From contig JBHGNT010000004.1 in the NCBI GenBank assembly GCA_043228905.1, positions 22,382,001-22,446,000 of the forward strand: a DNA stretch of 64,000 bases. Direction: 5' to 3'. Positions 25,272-38,056 of the stretch are shown piece after piece (the stretch's first letter is position 1; each line of letters starts with the position of its first letter). This DNA comes from Azolla caroliniana (taxonomy: Eukaryota > Plantae > Polypodiophyta). The position numbers and the translations under genes are program-made. The notes under the pieces are model-generated. The model saw nothing but the letters and a program-made list of their open reading frames with translations, was not told the DNA's origin and did no database searches.

Positions 25272-28200
25272 ATGGGCATCTTCGAGCCTTATAGGGCAAT
25301 TGGCTACATCACAGACAACGTCCCTTTTGCCGTTCAACGGCGGGGCTTAGAGACCTTCGTCACTCTCAGCGTCGGTAAATCCTTTCAGATATTCAATGTA
25401 AGCTCCCCCCTCCACCCCCCCCTTTTTTTAAATCTCTTTACATGGACCAGTTACTGTTCGCAGAATATGTGACTCTCTTGTTCTGTTTTTTTTTTCCGCC
25501 CGATTGTCTGCGCCAGACCGCAAAGCTGTCGCTTGTATTTGTTGGTAAGTTGCATTCTTTCTTTCTCTCTACTTTCTCTTCGAGCTTGTATATGTATTGC
25601 CCAGCGTCATAATTATGCTGCCAAAACTGCTGAGGATCATTTATCGTTCTCCCAATCTTATTGAGGCCCATGGACTGAAGATATATAACTATTCTTATTG
25701 TTATTACACTACTCCACATGTGTCCTGTAGCTCCTATTCGATTGTAAATTGGTCTCACGTGGATTAAGTGCTTTATGTGCATTTCAATGGATTTTAACCA
25801 TAAAATACAAAACCACCTGCGGATTAGTAAATTTAGTAGTTTGTTATTGTTATTACAGCATCTTACAATAATGCCATGGTTTTCTTTAGTTAAGTGGTTT
25901 TTGTTCAACAAATCCTTCTCTCTTTTTTGTACGTGTGATGGTGATGACTGCCAGTGTGTAGGTTCCCAACTGGAGAAGAGAATAAGATCTCTTGCTTGCT
26001 GGAGGGATTATACATATGCTGCTTCAGGGAGAAGTATCTTCATTTTCCGGCGAGCACAGCAAGTACTGCAAAATCTGGCTGAGAAACTCATTCCTAACAT
26101 AAAAAATACATGGTGTCGGTATTTTTTGTCTAATGTGTCTGAGCCTGATGTGAAGATGTCATGTGTGCGTTAGATTTTTTAGTTTGAAATCGTGTTTTAT
26201 TGTTGTTTCTTTATCTCTTATTGGGTTTTACCTCTTTTTTGGTTGCATGCATGCAATTCCAACAGGGCACCCAGAGTGTGTGTTTATACCATATTCGTGG
26301 CTCTCACATTGCTTTTCTTTCTTTGTTACAGGTTTCTGAATGGTTTGAACATGAGAGTAAAGTTGTGCATTTGCTGTCCCTTGGCAGTTTCATCTTGAGT
26401 GTGGATACGGGGGGATGGCTCTTTGTATGGGAAGCTACCAATTTGGCTAGTAATCCAAGCCCACTCCGCAAAATACATTTGGAAGAGGGTGTTTCACCAA
26501 CATGTATTATGCACCCAGATACTTACCTAAATAAGGTATTTTATTAGCAAATCATGTGCTTTAGTTTACAGTATATGTTCATTTCTTTTGCAACTTGGTT
26601 CATTTGGGGGCTAAAATTGTATGTTGTCTCAGGTCACACATGCTTTAAAGCATGCAAAGTCCTCTCCTGATAGATGATGAAATATTAAACATCGTTATAT
26701 ATGATACATCTAATTAGTTTTTTAACAAGATCCCTTATGAAATGATGAAAGTGTCTCCAACTAACAGTATGGATCCTTTGATAAGTAGTCAATCAGACTA
26801 ATTGATGAAATGTAGTCCATACTCTCAAGGAAATATAGCTATCCTCTCAATAGCAGTCGAGGGAGACATAATCCAACTAATTCTCTACTTCTAGAGTGTA
26901 GGAATAGTCATATACCTGAGTATATGAGTTGAGATGCAAGTTTCTATGTTACACTGTGAGCGATTAGATCATTATGTGTTGGGGATGAGATTTTGATTAT
27001 TTACCCTTGACGAAGAAGTGATCGAGCTCTAATCTAATTATGCTAGTTGTATCTAAACTTATACATGCTCCTCTTGTTGTATAATGTCATACAAATTTTT
27101 AACATGATTGAGGTGTCAGCTATTTGTTTTAATGTCTTTAAATGTGTTTCTAAAAAGTGTAACAAAATTGTATAAATTCCATAAAACTGTGATACATGAT
27201 CATTAAACAACCGCACGTCCTATCCTTCACTTCATAGACTGTTTGTATCCATGCAGGTGGTCATTGGCACAGAAGAAGGATATTTATACCTTTGTAATGT
27301 CAGCACTGGAAAAATCCTCTACAAATTTATGGGCTGGGGCAGTCCTATCCGTTGCTGTGCATCATCTCCAGCTTTGGATGTTGTCGCTATTGGTTGTGCA
27401 GATGGAAAAATTCATATCCACAACCTTCGATATGATGAATCTGTTGTTACATTCAACCATATGACCAGAGGATCTGTGACCGCATTATCATTTAGAACAG
27501 GTATTTTATTTTTATGAAATATAATTAAGAACCATAAAGTTCCAAGGCTATGGAGTTTGTGCATTTAGATATAAGGTGAATTGAGTATGAGGTTGATGAT
27601 ACATCTGTGATAAATCATGGTATTAATTGAATTTTTTTAAAAACATGGCTGCAAGTTTCGCACGTTAAAACAAAGTAATCTGGCAGTTCGCAACTGAATG
27701 GTCGTTGCGTAACTTCTTGTATAACTGGTTAAGTATTGAATAAAAGGTCAATCCCTTTCCAGAGGCAAGAAAAGCATTTATTTATTTGTTGAAATGCAGA
27801 TGGGCAACCTATTCTAGCAGCTGGGGGATCATCAGGTGTAATAAGTATATGGAATTTGGAGAAACAGAAATTACAGGCTGTTATAAAGGATGCTCATGAT
27901 TCAACAATATGTGCTATGCATTTCTTCCAAAATGAACCAGTATTGCTTACTGCTGGGGCAGATAATGCTCTTAAGGTCTCCTCTTCTCTAATGTATTGTT
28001 ACATCGACAAATTTTATGTATAGCTTATTTCTGCATCTCATGGAACTTATATGCTAACTTTACATAGTTATAGCATAAAGGCAGGGAAAGTAATGCCTCA
28101 CATGCATATATTTGAGATAATTTATCAGTAATCTTGTATGATACATGGCTTATTTAAGCTTGAACCTTAATCGAAAAGGCTTTCATATTTGGAATCTTTA

Positions 28201-31200
28201 TATAACAAAAACAATTTCCCATCTTTCAATGTGAAAACGTTTATATAGTTTGGCAAAGGCATATACAGCAGTATCTGCATTTTCTGTTACTAGCTTTTTC
28301 TCAAACGACTTCTCTAAATTTTTTAAAGATGTGGATATTTGATTCAAATGATGGAGAGGCTCGACTATTGCGATTTAGGAGTGGACATAGCGCTCCCCCA
28401 ACATGTATGCGGTAGTGTCTTTATCCTTAATTGATCAGTTTTGACATTTTCATTCGCATAAAATGCACACTTGGTCAGGGTTTTATAGCCATAGAATGTT
28501 GTTGGTCGCTAAATAGAAAGGAAATGATTGGGTATTCATCTTCTAAGCTGTGGCTTTGGGAATTTGCAATAACTTTATGTGTGTAGGCAGAATCAAATCT
28601 TTGGATTCTTGTGTGTTTCACTTCTTTCTTTGGTCCCCTTGTTGTATGGTTTGTTGCATTCAGTATTTCCAGTATGCTGTAGATGTGGCAGGTAATAAGT
28701 GTAGTGGAAATGCCAATTAATAAATGCTCACGTTAATCTAGGAGTAATCAGATATGCATTCATGCTTTCCAACCTTCTAGCAATTATGTTTTGAATCCAG
28801 ATACTATGGAACTGGTCGTCACATTCTTTCAGCTGGGCAAGATCGAGCTTTCAGGATTTTTTCAACTATTCAGGTTTCCTAAAATACTGTCTCAATCAGT
28901 CTCATTCAAGGAATATTTAATAATATATTATCAGTAACTTAGGATTTCCTTACGATTGATGAACTTGTGGCTCCAACAATACTACTTCATTCTATGATTC
29001 ATCTTCTTATTCTGATGATATCGAAAATAAATTGCCTGTTTTGCTGTTTCCAACATTTTTAGGATCAACAAAGCAGAGAACTTTCACAAGGGCATGTGGC
29101 AAAAAAAGCGAGAAAACTAAAGCTGAAGGTATGACTAATCAGTGGCTTAATTTACATTATTTTTGCGTTGATGGGCTCACATGTTTGTAATTACTCTTTG
29201 TAGACTAATGTCTTCTTTCACAGGAAGAAGATTTGAAGCTTCCTCCTGTTACATGCTTTGATGCAGCTGAAATACGTGAGCGGGATTGGTGCAATGTCGT
29301 TACGTGCCATGTGGACGAAAGTGTGGCATACTCTTGGCGTTTACAGAATTATGTTATTGGCGAGCATGTTTTGAAGCCTACCGTTGAGAACTGTGGTTCT
29401 GTGAATGTAAGGATATGCAATATATTCACTTACATAAATGATCTGTATACTTTGGATTGAGAGCCTAGTGTAGTTTACTTTATGGATCATTCTTCATTGT
29501 TAATAGTAGCTTTTAAGTTTTGATCTGGAATTTGGAACTGCGAACTTTCAGGCATGTTCGATAAGCTCCTGTGGGAATTTTGCTTTTCTCGGAACCACAA
29601 TTGGACATGTTGAACGGTTCAATATACAATCAGGGTTAAGTCGCCAGATCTATTGTGATGTCAATTTAGCTGGTTCTAAAGCGCATAGAGGATCTGTCAT
29701 TGGGATTGCATGTGACAATACCAATACCCTACTTATTACTGGTAGTTATGATTGTTATGTCAAGGTATGTGGCTTAACGCGTTTCCTATTCCGTATTACT
29801 ACATGATTTTGGGGGTTAGCACGTGGCTCAGAGAACACTGATAAAGAACGTAATTCTCGTTTTCTTAGGTTTGGGATTTCAAAGGTGCTAAGATTCGACA
29901 TAGCTGGTCTATTGAATCTCAGCTTGTTAAGATGGATTTTCATCGTGGAAGTGGTATGAAATTCCATTTGCATACAATTTATCTACAGCTAAAAGGATAT
30001 TGTATAAAAATTAAACGATTGTGGGTTTTTCCAGGATTGCTTGCAACTGCATCAGATGATCTGGTAGTGCGTGTATATGATGTAATATCTGCAAAACTTG
30101 TTCGCAAGTTTGAAGGACCAAATGACCGTATAACTGATTTATGCTTCAGTGCGGATGGTAAATGGATCTTATTATCTTCTATGGATGGGACAATACGAAT
30201 CTGGGATGTGATCTCTTCCAGGCAACTGGATGCAATGCTTATGGATGATCCTGTGACTTGCATATCGTTATCACCGAACATGGATATGCTAGCAACAACC
30301 CATGTTGCTCATAATGGAGTTTATTTGTGGTATGCAGCATGACTTAACTTGATACTCACACTTAATGGTTTTTTCTACAATATTATTACTTTTTGTTTCT
30401 GGGGATGCAGGGGAAATCGTTTTATTTATTCTGGTGTACTAGACCCTGGAAGGTATGGAAGTGGGAAAGATGTAGTTAAGGTATCGATGCCTACCATGTC
30501 ATCGCGGGAGCTTTCAGAAGAGGAAGGTCTTTCTGCAGTGGATGTGACACTAGCAAGTCCTGAATCTGAACCAATAGGGGAGGTGGATGAATTATCCCAC
30601 AAGTCTCAAATCCTGCCAGAGTTAGTGACACTATCATTATTGCCTAAATCACAGTGGCAAAGTTTAGTCAACCTTGACATTATCAAGATGCGGAACAAAC
30701 CTATAGAACCACCGAAGAAACCAGAGAAAGCTCCATTTTTTTTGCCAACCTTGCCTTCTCTTTCAGGGGAAGTCACCTTTACAGGATTGACCAAAACAGC
30801 GGAGGATCAGAAGGGAAAAGTAAAGACTTTGACAGGAAGCAAACATGGAAGTGAAGAAACTCCATTCTTGAGTTTGCTATGCTCCTGCGCAGATTCTGGT
30901 GATTGTACGTGTAAACATTCCTGGCTTTGGCTATTATTAAATTTTATTCTTCTGTTGAACTTAGATTTCTTTATTTTCTATAACATTGATTTAAGCCTGC
31001 CTTTTATTTATAGTTGGTGCACTTTTGTCATTCCTCAAGGGTTTGTCACCATCAGAGATAGACATGGAGTTTCAGATGCTTAGGATACTTGATGATTTAG
31101 GCTCTGTGGATGCACTGACATCGAAGCAGTTAAAATTAATTGGGCTTGTACTGGACTTTCTTGTGGAGAGAATACAATCAAATTGTGACTTCGAGTTTAT

Positions 31201-31478
31201 TCAAGCTTTGACTAGGCTCTTTCTTAAGGTGCAGCTTACAATCGCATTTATGTTTTTGGAGTGAGCTCAATATAGAACTAATGAACACATTGTAAAAATG
31301 CCTGATTATTCAAAATGACTATTTTCAGATACATGGGGAAATCATTTTGCATCAGCCTCTATTGCAGGAGAAAGCTAAGGCACTTCTGAAGTTAGAATCT
31401 GCATGTTGGCAGAGGCTGGACCATATGTTTCAAAATGTGCGGTGCACATTAAGTTTTTTGAGCAATGCTCTATATTAA
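25272..31478 (+). CDS. UTP21: WD-repeat protein WDR36/Utp21 (SSU processome), about 911 aa, 16 exons
   Basis: Exons 25272-25397, 25517-25544, 25962-26062, 26332-26535, 27257-27500, 27800-27975, 28329-28411, 28801-28873, 29063-29128, 29224-29406, 29552-29764, 29869-29953, 30035-30329, 30411-30904, 31014-31228 and 31329-31478. All introns are GT-AG and phases are consistent. Motifs MGIFEPYRAIG, HPDTYLNK, RSGHSAPP and RNKPIEPPKKPEKAPFFLP (Utp21 domain). Confidence 0.95.
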
Positions 31479-32399
31479 TTTATTACTGTTTGGTAAGTAA
31501 GTGTTAACCTTTTTTCTCATTGCTGAACGCATGATAATCTTGCAATGCTGATTTGGAAACTATTGGTGGAACCAATGCAGGTAGCTGGAGTTGGAAACTA
31601 TTGGTTGATCATGTGTAACGTAACTAATGTCTTGTGGCAATGAAGATATTTATTGCTATATTTCCATCTGAGTGTTCACATAATTTATTTTTAAAAACGC
31701 CATCATATGAGGTTTGAAGGTATGTGCTGACACATGATTTCAGCAGTCGGGCCAACTGAAATCCAGAAATTGCATTAAAAAAAAGATTTTCAAGGATATG
31801 GTTTGTACATATGACCAAAGCAAAAGCACTGAATGTGGTTACCCTAAAAGTATGTATTAGTGGCATACTGTACACATCCCCAGTTCTCAGCGTCATTGGT
31901 GAGCTCAAATGGGCTGCTTTAAAATTGAGATTTCATACAAACATAAAAGCAATCGACAGCAAACTTGTTAGTAATGCAGCGGGAGGTGAACTGTATGGAA
32001 TCATCATCACTCTCGAGGCTCAATTTTGGCCATAAAAATTATGAAGGCTTTTGTTTTGTTCACTATTCATGACTATAACCATTAGGTAAATTTGGAACAT
32101 TCATTTACGTGACATTGATTTTTTCCCACCTCAAAAATGATGAAGATTCATCATGATGTTTAAATTTGTGGTATTGCATTTTTAATGTGGAATTGAATTT
32201 CCAATGTTCAGTTGACATATGCAATCACATCGTTTTGAAGGTGGAGGTAGAGGTTTCAGTTCAGTATCTGTAATTAGTGAAGGCATTGAGGCTATCCATG
32301 TTAAATGTCATGGAACATAACAAATGTAAGGGGACTAATGAAAGGAGATTTTGGTGATTGGAATTACGGAGCCCCCGAAATTGGAAGCAAGTGAAAATA

Positions 32400-34300
32400 A
32401 GGCCAATACTTCAAGCTCCAGTGCATGCAGAAGAACTTGTGGAGTTAATGGGATGTGACTTCTTGTGACCAAGGCTCCATGATGATGGCAAAAAACTGAT
32501 GTGCTTGACCAAACCTCTCCCCATGTAGATATGGCCTAACATGGACATTGTGACATGAGAAGCTCACAATATCACCATGATTTATTGGCTTTAGAGAGCA
32601 TTCCATGTTCATACCTAATCCCAATACAAATTATTAATGCTTTTTGAAAAGTTAAAAGAATAGGGCGTTTGTTTGTGTTTGACTAATTATATGGAAGTAG
32701 ATATGATTGAAGGTTGAATGCAAGATGGGTTGGTATATTGCTAACTAATGATGGAGACACTGTTTTTTTGGGGCAAAAATGGTGTGGTAGGTATGTTTAT
32801 AGTCTCTCAAGCCCAAGGTTTATTAATTGCAAATGTAGAGGAAGACCACTTGTCCGCAAGTTGGAACCTCCAAGAAAACTAGCGAAAAAGATATTAAACC
32901 CATTGCAATCCTTATCAAACTAGAGATACAACAAATTGTGGCTACAAATAAGAGTACGTAAACAAGGTTGCAATAATAGTGTGTGGTTGAACAATTCCCT
33001 TTTGGGGTTTGAATTGGAGAAAACTCAAGCAGGGGCTGAACAAAAGCAAAGGTACTACAAATAGATATAAAGGGCATTTATGTTGTAGCACATAGATATG
33101 AAGGGATTGACGCCAAAGTTTTATCAACACAAAATTTGCTTTAAAAAGTATGTGATTCATTGTCATAAATAGTAGATAAGCAAAGGCCATGGTTAGTCTC
33201 TAATTTTGTCATGTGCATGTTGACAACTTCGGAGATATATAATGAGAGACTTAGGGACTTAATGGTTTATGAGACACATGTGGGCAAATTATTCCCATAT
33301 ATTTATGGCATGTTAATCTATCAAGGGTGGATGCCATTTGCTTTCAAGTATCCATTTTTATAGGCATCAAGGTTGTGTGCATCTCAAATGAATGGTTAAA
33401 AGTTTGGGCATGGAAACAATGGCAATAAGAAATTTGGCTAGAAACAAAAAGGAAGTATGCTAGGGTGCTTGAGAAGGCTAAAGAAGTTTGAACACAAAGT
33501 AAAATGTGCACAAAGAAAGTGACAATTTGAACATGAAAGCTTGGTGAAATTTGACCGTAATCCTTCAACATTGTTTCCATGCCTAGATCATCAACTTCTC
33601 CAAAAAAGGTGTGACGATATTGTAATCAAAGTGCAACCTTAGAGAATAAAGTTGCTTATTCTTCTTGGACATATTTTTTAGACCATGAGATAGAGGAACT
33701 CATTGAAAAATTCACATGTAAACCTAAAACCTAGAGAAGATTGTGATTCATAGTATCATAAATATTACAGGAGCGGGGTATCTTCTTGATGAACCAATGA
33801 GGTTTCTATTTCATGTCGGATATAATTACTTGACATTCGCATCTAGAATAAATCAAACAATTGTTACATGATGTTGACGTCCTAAAGGCTCTATAAAAAA
33901 TTGGAAAAAATGTTATTGAATTTTGCAAGAAACTAGAAGTAGACATCCATTTTCGAATATGAATTGAATGCATCATTTTTCTTGAACATTATACACCATA
34001 CTATTATGTAGAATTTTTTTATTGTCCAATATGTATAATTCCCTTAAACTTTTTTATTGTTTGACAATGCAAACATACTAGTACTATTGTTTGAGATGTA
34101 GACAGGTGATGATGCACGCTGATATGTATGGGCTATACATGAAGAAAAGATACAATGGAATGTTATCAAAAAATGAGTACTAACTATCTTCTTCTTACTC
34201 TTAGTGGATTGTGGTTGTACAAAAGCCATTAGAAAAGTTGACAACTTGCCTACCTAGATGTCTTTTGTGCGCATTGTGATTGTGCAAAGTAAACTTGTTG
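32400..34300 (+). mobile_element. Highly degenerate hAT-like DNA transposase remnant (boundaries approximate)
   Basis: Fragments TNDGDTVFLGQK (about 32744-32780; compare hAT TDGASVMxG) and xVAHR (about 33080-33097; compare CxAHxL). No TIRs identified. Confidence 0.35.
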
Positions 34301-34814
34301 GTATGCATGTTCTATTAGATGGAAGTACATCATTCGAACATTTTTAGTCTAGTAGGCCTTAGCCTTGTGAAGACAACTATTTGACGACACAAAAACTTAA
34401 TAATTTCTTTATATTCATGTACATGTTTTGTGGAATCATTTAAGCTTCAAATTTGAGGAAAGGATCTTTACAAACGACATGATGATCCTTGCAAAATTTC
34501 CCATAGTTTATTGGCCTATTATCAAAGTTTTTCTATTGCATAAAATCATGCAACACATTAAACCAAAGTTATGAGATTTAGAGGTTGCACCTAAGGATTC
34601 CATCATTGCAATTCCATGAATTTAAGCTACGTTTGCCTATCTTCAACAAGAAAATAAATTTAACTCATATCTAGCTATTTGGTTAAAACTTGTCTAATAA
34701 CATTAACATGGAAAACTTCAACATATTAATTGTAGAATAGCATAATAATTTAAGAAGTAACACAAATCACTATAGTTATAGGTTTCCTTTTTCTTTTTCT
34801 TTTTTAAAACAAAA

Positions 34815-35400
34815 CTACACCATAGTTTTCATTACCAATCTAATTAGTAATAAGTGTATACAAAGCATATAATGGTACAATTTAGTGGAGGGTAAGATAA
34901 GAGAGAAAACGTATATCCTCCACAATGTCATAATTGAAACCAAACTCCACCTATGGAGGAAACAACTATTGAGGGGGTACATATTGCCAAACCATTTGGT
35001 CATTTCTCTCCACAAATATGAACAAATCCTTCCACTTGCCTTTAAAGGATTATTGTTTCAGAAAAATGGTATATATTCATTAGCAATGAAGGAGTCATAT
35101 TGACCTTTTAAAATTGAAATAAGCATCGACCAAATTTCCTTCACACAATGAACAAGATTATTTTTTATTTGCTGAAACACATTTTTGCATTGATCTATCC
35201 AAATATTCCATAGAACCACCGATGATATCGTAGCCCATACTGTGGCATCCACATTCAACCAATTTGAGCTTGAATATGGTATGTCCTTAACTTGCCTTCC
35301 CCTAGTTTGAATATAGGTTTTTGAATTTAGTATATTGATATAAATAATAATATTGGTGAAACTTAACTTCTTTTTATAACCATTAGGATTTCTACTACAT
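34815..35400 (-). mobile_element. LINE (L1-like) ORF2 3' fragment
   Basis: ORF 35058-35258, VWATISSVVLWNIWIDQCKNVFQ, matches the plant L1 C-terminal LWxIWxxRNxxxF pattern. Confidence 0.55.
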
Positions 35401-37337
35401 CTTCACACAATTGAACCAACCATTGGAGACACATTATATGTCCATGTTTAGACTAAAAATTTGAGATCATGCATTAGTATTACAATTGAGATTCATAGTG
35501 AAAGGCTTTAATGTGAATGAATGTGTATATGTCTATTAATGTTTAAAAGGCTATAAATATGGATCACATTGCTCATCATTCATAGCATTTGTTTAGTCAA
35601 ATTGGGAATATGGAGTGTAGAAACATTGTCCGATATGTTTTCAATACATGGAACTATCATCTACTAGACACTCACTTGCCTCGATAAATGAGGCGAATAG
35701 TTGATGCTTAAGTGACATATCAACAAAACAAAACAGATATTGAAAATGAAACTTAACCCACGTGCATAAGAAAATACATCAATGGCCCATGGGAGTAAGA
35801 GCATGTGAATATTTCAAATGAAGATTTTTCCAAGTACATAAAGTAGGGTTGACATGCGCAATTGCGCATGACTTTGTGTTGGTATCCTTGTGAATCGTGA
35901 TGATCATCATTCCTTTATTCTCTGCTTTAGTGATGTATATGATGGAGAAATACATGTTCTAGCCACGTGAGACTCGTTTGTTTTTGTTTATACAACTAAA
36001 CATCCATGAAATCTTCTTAGGTTATGATATTTTCTAGTTACTTTATTGATGGCAATGCAATAAGGTATTCATAGTAAAATAATTTTTACTCATTCACTAT
36101 ATTGGAAGAAACCGTGTTAACCTCAATTTTATCATGTGAGTTGTGGCCCATCCATGTAGTTGCTTATAATGCAACATGATATGAAAAAATAAAGTAAAAC
36201 TACTCATACTTTCAAGTAACAAAAGCAAGAATATTCATTAGATTTGGCAAAATTGGATGAAAGCATTTTGAAGTGTACAATAGTGATTTATGTGAGCATG
36301 ATGGAATTGCAAGAATATTTACCTTAAACTCAAGAGTGCCAAACATGCAAGCGAGAAGCCTTGAATTTGGTATGTGATTGAGACACACATAAATGTTTGC
36401 ATCCATCATTATCATGACACTTTTCCAAAAATCATGTTAGATCAAAATGCATCCAATACATATAGCATGACACCTTTACCTTTCTTAGAGCTCATAAACA
36501 CACTTTATGCTTAAATTCATTTATCAAAAGTTATAGGAACGTACTTTAATAAACCCATTCAACATCAAATATGTCAATTAAGTTTTAAGAAACTTTAAAC
36601 TATTTCACATACAATTTTGAATTTGATAAACGAAATCGTTTAGGTTACCCTTTTTGTAGCAATCGTATTGCATATATAATAAATTTGCAAAAACATTTGC
36701 ATTAAGTTGCAGATAGAACAAGATGGTATGTATTAGGCATGTGAATAGGGTGTGTGAGCAGACATGTTTCCTTATCAAATCACACGGGGAAATGCATGAG
36801 TGTGTGTTTGTCTTGTGCTCCCTTGCACACCACTACTCATCATTGTTTATACCATAAGGTCCAACCTATGTCTGTGTCGTCCTAGTGTCTCTCACCTCTT
36901 TTGTTGGTACTAGTTTCCAATCACGAGGCCCGCTTACAATCTTCCTCTCTCTTTCTGGGCGTATTTTGAACTCCACAAAAGAGATGATAACAAAACCTAT
37001 ATCTCTATCTCTTTGGCCAACTATTCACACCTAGAAGAACATGCATGCCACTAGGGCCCAAGCTACTTGGGGGTGTGGGGGGGGTCAACACCTTGTCCAT
37101 GGTTGTGCATATGTCCACCAACAAATCTTAGGGCATTTATCTGGGCCTAAATCTCAAAGAATGTTCGGGTTTTAGCGCAAGAAATCTATACATATATGAC
37201 CCGAAATGCATGTCACATGAACTCAAATCATACATGTATATGCACACACAATCACATGGAGACACCCAATATGATCAGTTGCAAGTATATACCGCTTCCT
37301 CTTCATATCTATTACTCTTGTCCAAATATACATACGA

Positions 37338-38030
37338 CCAACTTAACCAAATTACATTTTCACATCCCTAAGTATAGAAGTATATATATGTAACTATTTG
37401 TGGATGGCATGATTTGGCTTGCCACCATTAATTTCTCCAAATATCCATTAGATCAGATCGAATTAACCAAAGCACATTCACATCCCTAATTATAGATTCA
37501 GTATACAACTACAATTAACCAAATCACATTTTCACATATCCCTAACTATAGAAGTATAGAACTACAATTAACCAAATCACATTATCACATATCCCTAACT
37601 ATAGAAGTATAGAACTACAATTAACCAAATCACATTTTCACATACCCTAACTATCGAAGTATAGAACTACAATTAACCAAATCACATTATCACATATCCC
37701 TAACTATAGAAGTATAGTTACAATTAACACAAATCACATTTTCACATGTCCATAACTATAGAAGTATAAAGCTACAATTAACCAAATCACATTATCACAT
37801 ATCCCTAACTATAGAAGTATAGAACTACAATTAACCAAATCACATTTTCACATACCCTAACTATAGAAGTATAGAACTACAATTAACCAAATCACATTAT
37901 CACATATCCCTAACTATAGAAGTATAGTTACAATTAACACAAATCACATTTTCACATGTCCATAACTATAGAAGTATAGAGCTACAATTAACCAAATCAC
38001 ATTTTCACATATCCCTAACTATAGAAGTAT
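37338..38030. repeat. 53-bp tandem array (10 conserved units at 37507-38030 plus degenerate units) with a 210-bp higher-order repeat
   Basis: Unit AACTACAATTAACCAAATCACATT(T/A)TCACATATCCCTAACTATAGAAGTATAG. The variant pattern of units 2-5 (37560-37769) recurs in units 6-9 (37770-37979). Confidence 0.95.
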
Positions 38031-38056
38031 GTATAATGTAAGTATTTGTGGATGAC

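Noticed and set aside
37507-38030. CRISPR-like regular repeats
   Set aside because: Units are head-to-tail with no unique spacers, there are no cas genes, and the context is eukaryotic. It is a minisatellite.
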